This document shows, in pieces, positions 38,029 through 47,152 of a DNA stretch of 64,000 nt. The first letter of the stretch is position 1. Every line of letters starts with the position of its first letter. The notes beneath the pieces are model-generated. The model worked only from the letters and a program-made list of their open reading frames with translations, ran no database searches and had not been told where the DNA came from. Made by a program: the position numbers and the translations under genes. This DNA comes from a virus: positions 77,277 through 141,276 of the IMG/VR virus record IMGVR_UViG_3300015371_000001; one strand, 5' to 3'.

Positions 38029-38273
38029 GCGAGGGCTACAAGTGCCCGGTCTGCGGCATGGTCTCCCATCACCCGATGGATCGAAAGTACGGGTGGTGCG
38101 CGTCCTGTAACGATTTCACTGGCGACACCGATGGACAGTGGGAGGACTGTGTTCTCCCTTGCCGGTGTACCCACATCCGGCACCGGTCTCCGAATGGTGA
38201 GCTAGAGCATCGCGTCGACCGTTGGCAGGGCTTCCAGCCGCTCCGCGATGTTGACGATCAACAACGTCCTTGA
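38025..38273 (+). CDS. Zinc-finger protein
   Basis: CPVC..SHHP.D...WC..C. Confidence 0.6.
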   Translation: MSEGYKCPVCGMVSHHPMDRKYGWCASCNDFTGDTDGQWEDCVLPCRCTHIRHRSPNGELEHRVDRWQGFQPLRDVDDQQRP

Positions 38274-38287
38274 TACGATTGACTCAC

Positions 38288-38554
38288 ATGGTCAATTTGG
38301 AAAGGAACCACAGAGCCGTGGTTTACCAGGAGGCAGTCACCACGTTGGAGCGGCTTGCTCGCTCCGGAGATCACGTCATGGTGCGCATCGAGGCGGAGGG
38401 CGTCGGGTCACTCGACCTGTTCGATTCTCCGGTCGATGCCCATGACGGGCTGATCGGACTCAAGTCCGCTCACGATGCGCTCGACGCGCATGGCGGACAC
38501 CTCACGCACGTCAGTGTCCGGAGGGACGAGACGGGCTTGGGGATCACTCACTAG
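38288..38554 (+). CDS. Hypothetical protein
   Basis: ORF in gene train. Confidence 0.5.
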   Translation: MVNLERNHRAVVYQEAVTTLERLARSGDHVMVRIEAEGVGSLDLFDSPVDAHDGLIGLKSAHDALDAHGGHLTHVSVRRDETGLGITH

Positions 38555-38571
38555 AACAGGATGCGAGCTAC

Positions 38572-38847
38572 ATGAAGAACTACGAGGGCGTCGCCGATGA
38601 CTGGAACTCGATCCGGCTCGGCACGCTCAGAGCATGGGCGCAGACAGAGGAGACCGTCCGCGTCCGTTACGCCAGCCCCAAGATTTTTGAGGAGGAGCGC
38701 ACCGGTCCGATGACCGCACAGGACGCTCTGACCTTTGCGTGGGGCGTCGTCAATGACGGTGGCGTACTGACCGGCATCGAGCGGGTCCGTACTGCGGACC
38801 TGGAAGCGCTGGAGGCAGTGTTGCGGGAGCAGGTGGCTGATGGCTGA
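38572..38847 (+). CDS. Hypothetical protein
   Basis: ORF in gene train. Confidence 0.55.
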   Translation: MKNYEGVADDWNSIRLGTLRAWAQTEETVRVRYASPKIFEEERTGPMTAQDALTFAWGVVNDGGVLTGIERVRTADLEALEAVLREQVADG

Positions 38848-39451
38848 CACTACTCTGCAAGTTCCTACGCACTCAGAGATTGAGAAGGTCCTGGGTGACT
38901 TCGACCGGTGGTCTCATAATTGTCACTCGGCGTCGCTCCACCTCGTGCAGTCCGGCATCTTCGGACCCGAGGCAAGAGTCGCCCGAGGTTCCGCAATCGG
39001 CGTCATCGGCCAGCATTCTTGGCTGGTCGTTGGAGATCCGTACGACGAGGACGCGCCCATCGTGGACGTGACTCTCTGGAGCTACGACGACAACCAGCCG
39101 AAGATCTGGCGCGGCACCCTGCGGGATGGTGTTCACCGTCCCCAAGGCTCCGGGTCGATCTGGTTGATCGGTGGCCCACCACCGGACCCGGAGGGCGAGA
39201 TCATCGAGCTACAGCCACCTGAGGACGGTTGGTCCTTCGGTGCGATTTCCTGGCTCGACATGATTGGTCCTCTGGACCTGCGTGGCTGGCATCACTTGTT
39301 CAACGGTCCCGTGGAGGGTTGGCCCGCACGGGAGATCATCACTCAGGCCGCGTCTGACAAGCGGCTCAAGGCGCTCATCCCCATTGACATCTTGGGGATG
39401 GTCACCGATCTTGACCCTTCGGGGTTGTACCTAGGAGGCAGCACAGAATGA
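38840..39451 (+). CDS. Hypothetical protein with papain/transglutaminase-like Cys-His-Asp pattern
   Basis: NCHSAS..RVARG..QHSWLV..IVDVT. Confidence 0.55.
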   Translation: MADTTLQVPTHSEIEKVLGDFDRWSHNCHSASLHLVQSGIFGPEARVARGSAIGVIGQHSWLVVGDPYDEDAPIVDVTLWSYDDNQPKIWRGTLRDGVHRPQGSGSIWLIGGPPPDPEGEIIELQPPEDGWSFGAISWLDMIGPLDLRGWHHLFNGPVEGWPAREIITQAASDKRLKALIPIDILGMVTDLDPSGLYLGGSTE

Positions 39452-40029
39452 GCTACAGCAACAGCAAGCTGCTGAACGACCTTCGGTCGCAGCTATACCG
39501 CCATGAAGGTGGCACCATTCCGGCGACGTTGATCAACGACTTCGAGCGCGAAGCTCGGCTTGAGGGTCGTCGGCAGATGACTCGCGAGAACGGCTTCACT
39601 CACGGACAACGGTTCTCTCTGCCAGAGATCGCCGAGGTGATTCGGGACGCGGCGAAGCGGAGGTACCACGGCTCCGACAACCGACGCGAGGGCATGTTCG
39701 CTGCGATCAACACCTTGCACGACGAGTTGGAGCTACCGCGCGCATCCTCTCGCATCCGTGGGCACGATGACCGCTGGAACACCACGTCGCTCGCGCTCGA
39801 CCTGCGGGATGTCCCTCGGGTCGGCGACCTTCGGGACCGGGCATACGCGGAGATCGAGCGTCAGTTCGTCGGTCAGGACTACACGATCCTGAGCTTGGAG
39901 CAGGACGGCAGCGCTTATCAGGGCTACAGCGGGAACAAGTACTGGAGCGCTCGCTTCACGGCCAAGGTCCGGCACTCTCGCTACGACAGTTCCGGTCGCG
40001 CTACCAACCTTGTTGATCAGGCGACATGA
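39448..40029 (+). CDS. Hypothetical protein
   Basis: ATGA-coupled; GGAGGCAG SD. Confidence 0.6.
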   Translation: MSYSNSKLLNDLRSQLYRHEGGTIPATLINDFEREARLEGRRQMTRENGFTHGQRFSLPEIAEVIRDAAKRRYHGSDNRREGMFAAINTLHDELELPRASSRIRGHDDRWNTTSLALDLRDVPRVGDLRDRAYAEIERQFVGQDYTILSLEQDGSAYQGYSGNKYWSARFTAKVRHSRYDSSGRATNLVDQAT

Positions 40030-40433
40030 GTGTTCAGATCAGCGTTCAGTTCGATCCGTCGACTGACGACATCAGCGATGTGATGGGTCAGGTCCGGGCT
40101 GCGTATGAGGCATATGGCTCCGCGCACGTCTCTGGTGACCTGGCTCGTCGCCAAGAGGCGATCTACGCCAGGCGCGATCAGGACAACACCAAGGAGGACA
40201 TCGAGGACCGTATCCGAACGTGGACTGCCTCGTTGATCCATGAGACCAGTCTGGCTGCGGTCGCTCAGCAAGCCGGTCTGACTCGTCTCACGGTGGAGAA
40301 GTTCATTAACCGAGAGACGGTGCCGCACATCAACACCCTGGGCAAGCTCGACAACCTCATCTATGCCTGGGAGAACGGTGCTCTGACCCTCAAGGGGAAG
40401 GACATCTTCAGGAAGGGCTCGGTCCGACCGTGA
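40026..40433 (+). CDS. HTH-containing protein
   Basis: SLAAVAQQAGLTRLTVEKFINRETVPHINTL. Confidence 0.7.
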   Translation: MSVQISVQFDPSTDDISDVMGQVRAAYEAYGSAHVSGDLARRQEAIYARRDQDNTKEDIEDRIRTWTASLIHETSLAAVAQQAGLTRLTVEKFINRETVPHINTLGKLDNLIYAWENGALTLKGKDIFRKGSVRP

Positions 40434-40630
40434 CCCTGCACAACAACGATCTGGTCATCAACAACGAGGAGTGCCCCAAGTGTCACTCCGAGGAGGAGAA
40501 GCCGTGCGTCAAGTTGACGCGACGTGGAGTCCGCACCGTGATTCCACTGCGGCGATCCCACCCAGAGCGGGTGCTGAAGGCGATTGACGACGGCTACCTG
40601 CCGATGGGTGCAACAGTCGAGGAGGACTAG
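40430..40630 (+). CDS. Small zinc-finger protein
   Basis: CPKC.....PC..HPER. Confidence 0.65.
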   Translation: MTLHNNDLVINNEECPKCHSEEEKPCVKLTRRGVRTVIPLRRSHPERVLKAIDDGYLPMGATVEED

Positions 40631-40633
40631 GAG

Positions 40634-41107
40634 ATGAGCGCTCCGATTGAGGAGCCCGTGCTTCCCGTGTGGGAGGCCACCAAGCGAATCGAGGGCTGGA
40701 ACCCGCACGAGATCTGGACGGCTTCGGTTGGTCCAGCACCAACGGCGGAGGATGTCCAGCGCGAGGACGAGAACCGCACGCACGAGATCCTGCTGTCGTC
40801 ATCGCCGAATGTGCCGACGGCTCCGATGCCGACGATCATCTACGAGGGGCCGGTGATCAAGGACGAGGAGGTCGACACCAAGGTCATTGAGGGCCAGGTG
40901 ATTGATGTCATCGAGACGCACGACACGGTCGTTCCGCCCAATCCACCGATGACTGACGAGGAGCTAGACCAGGCGGTGATCGACGCGGTCGAGCTAGGCA
41001 GCTTCAAGAGCGCCAACGCGCTTCACAGTCATCTGCGGAAGTCCAACGCCATCTCCTACGACCGAGTCAACAAGGCGTGGAAGGCAGCGCATGACGGATC
41101 GGCGTAG
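40634..41107 (+). CDS. Acidic hypothetical protein with possible C-terminal wHTH
   Basis: DEELDQAV..SANALHSHL..ISYDR. Confidence 0.55.
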   Translation: MSAPIEEPVLPVWEATKRIEGWNPHEIWTASVGPAPTAEDVQREDENRTHEILLSSSPNVPTAPMPTIIYEGPVIKDEEVDTKVIEGQVIDVIETHDTVVPPNPPMTDEELDQAVIDAVELGSFKSANALHSHLRKSNAISYDRVNKAWKAAHDGSA

Positions 41108-41576
41108 GCGGCGAGCACTGACGGGGCCTGGAGGCCGGACCATCTGGTACGGCTTCCACCTCAACCGTGTTCGGCCTGAGCCGTTGTTGGTCAGCCTGAT
41201 GAAGTACGACCCGCGAGAAGATCGCATCCCGGTCGTACGCAGTGATCAGCAGGCCAACCTTTTGTCGTCGGAGACCCGACGAGGGACACACAAGCCGGTG
41301 ATCGATCTCGATGTGCCGGTCAAGATGATGTCGTCCACTGACAGGGACAAGCACCATCTCTACATCGACGTGGAGATGTCGTGGCTGAGATACGCCACGC
41401 TTCTCACGGCGCTCCGGTTCGCCGGGGTGATTGAGACCGGCTTCTGGGTTTGGTCTCTGCGCCGAGGGGCGAGCTTCGTTCGTCCTGTCGGCGTGATCAA
41501 GACACCTGAGGAGTACGCCCGTGCTCGGAACATCACGCACGGCTGGATTCGCAGGAGGAAGGAGGGGTCAGGTTGA
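41091..41576 (+). CDS. Hypothetical phage protein with DxD and His motifs
   Basis: HKPVIDLDVP..SST..HHLYID. Confidence 0.65.
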   Translation: MTDRRRRRALTGPGGRTIWYGFHLNRVRPEPLLVSLMKYDPREDRIPVVRSDQQANLLSSETRRGTHKPVIDLDVPVKMMSSTDRDKHHLYIDVEMSWLRYATLLTALRFAGVIETGFWVWSLRRGASFVRPVGVIKTPEEYARARNITHGWIRRRKEGSG

Positions 41577-41830
41577 GAGCTATCCCGCTCGTCCTGCTGG
41601 CCATGTTGTTCATCGCTGCGGCAATCTTCGTGGTCGCTCGGGTCATCCCGAGCAAGCGTCGCGAGGAGACCCGACAGTTGCGGGCGCAAGCTCACGCTCA
41701 TGTCGCCACGTTGATGGCGATTGAGACGCACGCCAAGCAGGCTATCGACGCTGACCCGAGCGATGTGCTGGCTCAGCAGATCCAGTACGAACTACAAGGG
41801 CTCAAGAGAGAGCTTGGAGGCAGTGAATGA
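41573..41830 (+). CDS. Single-TM protein
   Basis: N-terminal TM; precedes SPFH gene. Confidence 0.65.
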   Translation: MRAIPLVLLAMLFIAAAIFVVARVIPSKRREETRQLRAQAHAHVATLMAIETHAKQAIDADPSDVLAQQIQYELQGLKRELGGSE

Positions 41831-42828
41831 GTTACGGCTACAACGAGCCTTGGTCCAAGAGGGCCAAGATCGGAGTCTGGGCAGTGGTGGGCTTTTGCCT
41901 GCTACTAGTGTTCGGACTCGTGAGTTGCGGCGCGATGTCGCACTACGAGACAGGTCCGGGAGAGACCGCTGTCCACGAGAGTGGCGGCATCATGTTTCCG
42001 GTCGACGCAAAGATCGTGGGGTGTATCCCTCCGTCGAGCAACGGTTATGAAGGGCTCGGCGAGAAGTACATCAACTATCCGATCACACAGCGTACGTTCG
42101 AGTTCAGTGCGGACCAGGACGCGGACTCCGGTCCGATTCAGGTGGTCGCGCCGAACAGCATCGACCCCAAGACGCATCAGAGCACCGGCACGGTGACGAT
42201 GTCGGTCAGCGGAGTCGCGACGTTCACGCTCAACTCCATCTGTGACATCTTGAAGGAGTTCCAGCAGGACATCGGTCAGAAGCTCAACGCCGACACCGAC
42301 GACGGCTGGACACGGTTGCTGAACACCTACTTCAAGCCCAGCATGGAGAAGGCACTGGACACCGCGACCAAGCAGTTCGAGTTCAACGGGCTGTACGCGA
42401 ATCCGGACGTGAAGGAGCAGTGGGAGAACAAGGTCGGCGAGTTGTTCGCGCAGTACCTTCAGGCGTCAGCCGGAGGACCGTATTTCTGCGGACCTGACTT
42501 CCCTGGTCCCGGCGCGACCGAGGACCAGTGCGGTGACGTGGCGCTGTTGATTCAGTCGCCGGACATCAGTGATGACCTGGAAGCGTCTATCGAGCAGCAG
42601 CAGATCGCGACCCAGGAGAACCTGGCAGCCAAGCGTCAGAAGGCGACGACGTTGACCCAGGCGCAAGCGCTCGCTCAGGCCGTCAAGCAGTGTCACTGCA
42701 CCCCGCAGGAGTACGCGGCTCTGCTGGACGCTCAGGCGCGCGCTCAGGCCGTCCAGAACGGTGATGTGACGATGATCCTGCCTGGCGGGACCCCGTTGGC
42801 CATGTCGCCACCTGCGGCGCAGCGGTAA
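41827..42828 (+). CDS. SPFH / band-7-like membrane protein
   Basis: N-terminal TM, YPITQRTFEF, beta-alpha core, C-terminal coil. Confidence 0.7.
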   Translation: MSYGYNEPWSKRAKIGVWAVVGFCLLLVFGLVSCGAMSHYETGPGETAVHESGGIMFPVDAKIVGCIPPSSNGYEGLGEKYINYPITQRTFEFSADQDADSGPIQVVAPNSIDPKTHQSTGTVTMSVSGVATFTLNSICDILKEFQQDIGQKLNADTDDGWTRLLNTYFKPSMEKALDTATKQFEFNGLYANPDVKEQWENKVGELFAQYLQASAGGPYFCGPDFPGPGATEDQCGDVALLIQSPDISDDLEASIEQQQIATQENLAAKRQKATTLTQAQALAQAVKQCHCTPQEYAALLDAQARAQAVQNGDVTMILPGGTPLAMSPPAAQR

Positions 42829-42847
42829 GAGAATCGAGTTGTCGGTC

Positions 42848-42884
42848 ATCTACACCTTGGCCTGATAGGCTTCAAGGTGTAGAT
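42848..42884. promoter_or_regulatory. 12-bp perfect inverted repeat (operator or terminator)
   Basis: ATCTACACCTTG-N13-CAAGGTGTAGAT. Confidence 0.55.
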
Positions 42885-42907
42885 TGATCGGCAAGGAGGC
42901 AGTACAC

Positions 42908-43969
42908 ATGGCAACTACCAAGAGCAAGACCGGCACTGACTACCTGCGGAAGCAGAGCGGTGCCACATCACAACCCAAGCAAGTTCTTCCCGACGACCCG
43001 TACAACTCCATTCAGACGGAGAAGTGGCTTCAGACCTTCGAGGGTCTGGAGTACGAGCCGCTGACGAAGATCAAGCGCACCGACATCGACATCCGTGCGA
43101 GCCGGGACAACCAGGCTCGTCCGGAGGCCGTCATTCAGGAAGTCGCCGAGCGATACGCGCTGGCGATGAAGAACGGTGCAGTGTTCCCGCCCGTTGTCGC
43201 GAAGCGCGAGAAGGGCAAGCTGGTCCTGATCGACGGCAACCACCGTGAGGCGGCGTCGAAGATCGCGCAAGGCACCGATGCCACGCTGATGGCGTTCATC
43301 GTCGCCGACGACACCGACTCCAGCATCCTCTACGCGATGATGGTGGAGGCGAACGCGCTCCACGGCGAGGCAGCCGACGACGACTGGCGGCTCCAGCAGG
43401 CGGTTCGCTTGCAGTCGATGGGGTACGACCCTATCCAGGCGTGCGCGCTGGCCGGAGTCAAGGAAGGTTCACTTCGGCGCTACAAGAGCCAGGTTACGGC
43501 GGAGCGGCGCGCTGAGCGTTTGCACGTCCCTGGGTTCAAGGGCATCAAGTCGTCCATGACCAAGGTCGAGCTTGGCCGAATCAAGCTCGACACCGTGTTC
43601 GCGGCAGCGACGCAGTGCGTCCGGGAAACCGCGATGACGCACATGGAGGCGCAGCGGTTCGTCCGCGACATCAACCGGCTCAGCAATGAGGACGCGATGA
43701 TCGCGCTCATCGCTGAGACGGCCAAGACGCGCAAGGCTCGTTTGCGCGAGGAGAAGGCCAAGGGCAGCGGCAAGTCGCCTCTGTCTAGTCCTCGTACGCA
43801 GTTCGCCACCAAGATCGGTGGGCTCCTCGCCATTGATGCGACTGAGCTTCGTGCGGCGGCGCTGACTGACATCGACCGTGTCACCATTTACCGTCGGGCG
43901 GAAGCAGGTCTCGAAAAGCTCATGGCCATCATGGCGCTGTTCGAGGAGGACGGAGTCGAAGGTGGCTGA
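42908..43969 (+). CDS. ParB/Srx-like domain protein
   Basis: NQAR..YALAMKNGAVFPPVV..LIDGNHREAA..ANALHG. Confidence 0.8.
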   Translation: MATTKSKTGTDYLRKQSGATSQPKQVLPDDPYNSIQTEKWLQTFEGLEYEPLTKIKRTDIDIRASRDNQARPEAVIQEVAERYALAMKNGAVFPPVVAKREKGKLVLIDGNHREAASKIAQGTDATLMAFIVADDTDSSILYAMMVEANALHGEAADDDWRLQQAVRLQSMGYDPIQACALAGVKEGSLRRYKSQVTAERRAERLHVPGFKGIKSSMTKVELGRIKLDTVFAAATQCVRETAMTHMEAQRFVRDINRLSNEDAMIALIAETAKTRKARLREEKAKGSGKSPLSSPRTQFATKIGGLLAIDATELRAAALTDIDRVTIYRRAEAGLEKLMAIMALFEEDGVEGG

Positions 43970-44471
43970 TCCTGGAGGACGTGAAGCTCGTCTGAGCAAG
44001 ATGAGCGAAACGACCCGGTGGCTTTGGAGCCAGATGAGCTTCGAGTGGCAGCCGTTGGCTCCGCTCAAGGACCGGGCTCTGGATCTGTGCAACCCAGGAA
44101 CAGCGTTCAAGCGCTACGAGCGGAACGACGAGTCGTACCGGCGTAAGGCCGGAGCGAACGTGGCTGCTCCTCGACAACTCACCCGAGATCAGAAGGTGGA
44201 GTCGGGGAAGAAGATCATCGTCAACGGCTCGTTGGCGACGCTGGTCGGACGCAACTCGCAGTATGGCGAGAAGCGCGAGATCGACGGGGTCACGATGATC
44301 CGGAAGAAGGCGGCGCGGATCGCGCCCGGAGACAACTGCCCGCACTGTGGCACTCCGGGTGAGCGAGCCGGTGTCGATGACGACGCCGTCATGGTGGCGG
44401 AGGTTGCTGAGGAGGCAGCCTTCGTCCCAAAAGATCTGCTCCCGAGAGGGAGCCTGAGCCAAGCAGCGTAG
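43962..44471 (+). CDS. Hypothetical protein; possible -1 frameshift extension to 44662
   Basis: Coupled to ParB-like gene; CPHC; frameshift signal at 44410-44453. Confidence 0.7.
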   Translation: MADPGGREARLSKMSETTRWLWSQMSFEWQPLAPLKDRALDLCNPGTAFKRYERNDESYRRKAGANVAAPRQLTRDQKVESGKKIIVNGSLATLVGRNSQYGEKREIDGVTMIRKKAARIAPGDNCPHCGTPGERAGVDDDAVMVAEVAEEAAFVPKDLLPRGSLSQAA

Positions 44472-44694
44472 CTCCTCCCCTGAACGACTCGACGCGGCAC
44501 GGCGTACGCGCCAAGATGTTGCGCGAGGTGGTCCGGGAGATCGAGCGGCAGCACCGAGACATTCGGATTCAGCAGCGTGGTCCGGTGGCGACATTCGCCG
44601 ATCAACCACTTCGAGACCTGGAGGACACCTTCCGGGACTGGATTCGAGAGGAGGGTGGCTGATGCGCGGCTCTCATTGGGACTGAACCAAGACA

Positions 44695-44727
44695 GGAATC
44701 CCCGGCCTCACGCAGGCCGGGGATTCC
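44695..44727 (+). terminator. Stem-loop terminator
   Basis: 14-bp perfect stem GGAATCCCCGGCCT / AGGCCGGGGATTCC. Confidence 0.75.
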
Positions 44728-44733
44728 GCGTTG

Positions 44734-44762
44734 TTGAAGGTCGGCAACTGCTAATCTATGCT
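44734..44762 (+). promoter_or_regulatory. Host-type promoter
   Basis: TTGAAG-N17-TATGCT. Confidence 0.55.
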
Positions 44763-44810
44763 GTCTAGTAACACATGGTCTCTTTGGAGACTGAACTGGA
44801 GGCAGCACCC

Positions 44811-45290
44811 ATGCCAGCAACCACCAAGGCAATCAACACCAACCGGTACCGGATTCGTCGTGGCGACAGCGAGACGCTGAAGGCGATCCTCGCTGAGGCC
44901 GAGCACCGGCACCGTGATCTCAAGCGGCACGCTCCTGACGCCTACGCCCACCGTGTGTGGGAGGACGTGATCAAGGAGGCCGACGAGAAGAAGATCGCGG
45001 ACCAGATCCCCGGCACCGTCGGCTACACGTTCAAGGTCAAGTACGGGCGTCAGGGCAAGCCTGGTCGTCCCCCGGCTCACCGTGAGGTCCGGCTGGGCTC
45101 GAAGCAGGTCGAGTTGGTCGACAACATGGATCTCCCTGAGCACGCCACCCTGGACAGGGTCGGCAAGAAGCTCGTGTTCCGTGCTCGTACTCCGGTCGTT
45201 CGCGCCGTCCGTTCGGCGGCTCGTTCTGCGCCGGACAGCAAGTCCCGAGAGTCGCTGGACCGGCTCCTGAAGTCCGTGCTCGAAACCTGA
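44811..45290 (+). CDS. Basic hypothetical protein, monocistronic
   Basis: Own promoter, GGAGGCAG SD and downstream hairpin. Confidence 0.7.
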   Translation: MPATTKAINTNRYRIRRGDSETLKAILAEAEHRHRDLKRHAPDAYAHRVWEDVIKEADEKKIADQIPGTVGYTFKVKYGRQGKPGRPPAHREVRLGSKQVELVDNMDLPEHATLDRVGKKLVFRARTPVVRAVRSAARSAPDSKSRESLDRLLKSVLET

Positions 45291-45311
45291 GTCCGGCCTT
45301 CGTCCCCCTGG

Positions 45312-45343
45312 TCGGCCCGTCATCTACTGTGATGGCGGGCCGA
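45312..45343 (+). terminator. Stem-loop terminator
   Basis: TCGGCCCGTCATC / GATGGCGGGCCGA. Confidence 0.65.
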
Positions 45344-45384
45344 TCTTCATGTTCGGCGGTATTAAACCAAGCAGGAGGTCGTGC

Positions 45385-46209
45385 ATGAGGTACCTAGAGG
45401 TTGATCCGGAGTCATTCATTCATCCGGAGCAGGAGGAGCCAGCCCACGGGCGTGGAGCCTGGAACCGGAACGGGATGGAGTGGACCTGGCGCTACGAGTA
45501 CAACCGGGGCGAGACGGTGTTGGGGTCCGAGTGCGAGAAGTCCCTGGACCATTGGGCCGTCGGTGCCGGAGTACGAGCTATCCAGTACCGGCTGTCGTCG
45601 CTGGGGATCGATCACTTCCCGGTGGAGGCTCGGGGCGTGTTCAACCGGCGTACGCAAGAGGCCGTCAGAACGTTCCAGGGGCTCCACAAGGACCCGAAGG
45701 ACGGTAAGCCCCTGGAGGCGGACGGAACGGTCGGCACAAGCGACGCCAGGGCGTTGTGGACGCCGGTCATCGACAACGCCGAGGACTCCAACCGCATCCC
45801 CAACCACTACTGCCGAGGTCAGATCGCCCATGAGTCACAGCTAGACCCAGGCGCTCTGGGATCGCTGGCGTACGACGAGGACGACCCAGACAATCCACGT
45901 CCTCCGGAGGACCGGTACAACGGCTTCGACCGAGGGCTCGCGCAGATCAACAGCGAGGCGCTTCACACCATCGAGTGGGTCTGGTGCTTTAGGCCGTGGT
46001 TCGCGATCAACTTCGCGGCGGAGAAGCTGCGCGACTCGCGTAACGCGCTGGGCGTCAAGTATCCGGACCAGGACCCGGCTGTGTTGTGGGATGCCGCGAT
46101 CTGCTCCCACAACTCTCCGGTGCGTGGTGATCTCTGGGCGAAGCACGGTGAGGCTCCGACGGCGCAGGCAGCGGCGTACGTCCAGGGCGTGAAGGATGCC
46201 ATCTACTAG
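45385..46209 (+). CDS. Peptidoglycan-binding domain plus lytic-transglycosylase-like domain
   Basis: VRAIQYRL..GVF..TQEAVRTFQ..LEADGTVG; HESQLDP..DRGLAQIN..AICSHN. Confidence 0.8.
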   Translation: MRYLEVDPESFIHPEQEEPAHGRGAWNRNGMEWTWRYEYNRGETVLGSECEKSLDHWAVGAGVRAIQYRLSSLGIDHFPVEARGVFNRRTQEAVRTFQGLHKDPKDGKPLEADGTVGTSDARALWTPVIDNAEDSNRIPNHYCRGQIAHESQLDPGALGSLAYDEDDPDNPRPPEDRYNGFDRGLAQINSEALHTIEWVWCFRPWFAINFAAEKLRDSRNALGVKYPDQDPAVLWDAAICSHNSPVRGDLWAKHGEAPTAQAAAYVQGVKDAIY

Positions 46210-46822
46210 GCTCCGGAAGCCGAGTCCGGTCACCCTCGCCAACGAGAAGGTGCCCATCGTCGCGCTCTGCCGGTACCTGGGGATGGACCTGCCGGACTAC
46301 ACCTCCGGCAACATCAAGACGTACTGCCCGTTCGGCGACGTGGAGCACTCCGATCAGGGGATGGAGGCTGCGTTCCGCGTCTACCCCGAGCCGAACAACG
46401 CCTACTGCTTCGCCTGTGGTCTGTTCTTCTCGCCGGTCAGCCTTGCGGCCAAGGCGTGGGACATGACGCGGCGAGAAGCTGCGGTCAATCTCTTGGATTG
46501 GATCGGGTTTAAACCGCTATCTCTGGCAGAGGAGTGGGAGAATGTCGTCAACCCGGTGCCGGTCATCGACAAGGAGTCGTTGGGGCTCGCACTCAGGGTG
46601 TATGTCGAGAGGATCAGCCCAGGGTGGGCTGCGCAAGAGGTGGAGGACGGCTATCCCCAGCGTCAACTGACCAGGTGTTTGGCGCTGCTCGATAGAGTCA
46701 CGACAGAGGCGGAGGCGCAAGTATGGCTGGCTCGCTGTCGTGAGGTCATGTCTGACGCGATAGGAGTAGCGACGGATGCCACGCAAGATCAAGCCGGTGC
46801 CAGGGTGGATCACCCTAGCTGA
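46196..46822 (+). CDS. Primase-type CHC2 zinc-finger protein without TOPRIM domain
   Basis: YCPF...HSD..AFRVY..YCFACG. Confidence 0.75.
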   Translation: MPSTRLRKPSPVTLANEKVPIVALCRYLGMDLPDYTSGNIKTYCPFGDVEHSDQGMEAAFRVYPEPNNAYCFACGLFFSPVSLAAKAWDMTRREAAVNLLDWIGFKPLSLAEEWENVVNPVPVIDKESLGLALRVYVERISPGWAAQEVEDGYPQRQLTRCLALLDRVTTEAEAQVWLARCREVMSDAIGVATDATQDQAGARVDHPS

Positions 46823-47015
46823 GGCGGCAGAGGAGCTAGGACTATCCAAACAAGCCGTCCACAAGTGGGTCAAAGACGACAAGTTCAAGACTCTGGCCAC
46901 CCTAGGGAAGAAGCGAATCTACTGCGTACGACCAAAAGAGGTCGCGGAAATAAAGGCGGCGCGCGAGGCCGTTGCTCAGCTAAGACAGACTTCCCAGCCT
47001 GCGGGGAGCGACTGA
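46776..47015 (+). CDS. Excisionase-like HTH DNA-binding protein
   Basis: WITLAEAAEELGLSKQAVHKWV. Confidence 0.8.
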   Translation: MPRKIKPVPGWITLAEAAEELGLSKQAVHKWVKDDKFKTLATLGKKRIYCVRPKEVAEIKAAREAVAQLRQTSQPAGSD

Positions 47016-47023
47016 TCCGGTCA

Positions 47024-47122
47024 CGGGTTACAGCCGAAAGAGCAGGAAGCGCTACACCGCTGTCAGGTGGGAGGGTGGGCGGTCCACCCGTACGCAACCA
47101 CGTCAGCACAGGTCAAGGCCCG
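47024..47122 (+). ncRNA. Candidate multi-stem intergenic RNA
   Basis: Nested stems CGGGTT/GGCCCG, ACAGC/GCTGT, GGGTGG/CCACCC. Confidence 0.35.
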
Positions 47123-47126
47123 AGTT

Positions 47127-47152
47127 GCCCCAGGCGAGTAGGAGCCTGGGGC
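47127..47152 (+). terminator. Stem-loop terminator
   Basis: GCCCCAGGC / GCCTGGGGC. Confidence 0.65.

Noticed and set aside
46776-47015. Excisionase-like HTH as evidence for a prophage boundary
   Set aside because: No integrase, att site or host genes in the window; such HTH genes are common in lytic phages.
47012-47040. CTGA..GAAA as a hammerhead ribozyme core
   Set aside because: CTGATCC does not fit CUGANGA and the required stems are missing.
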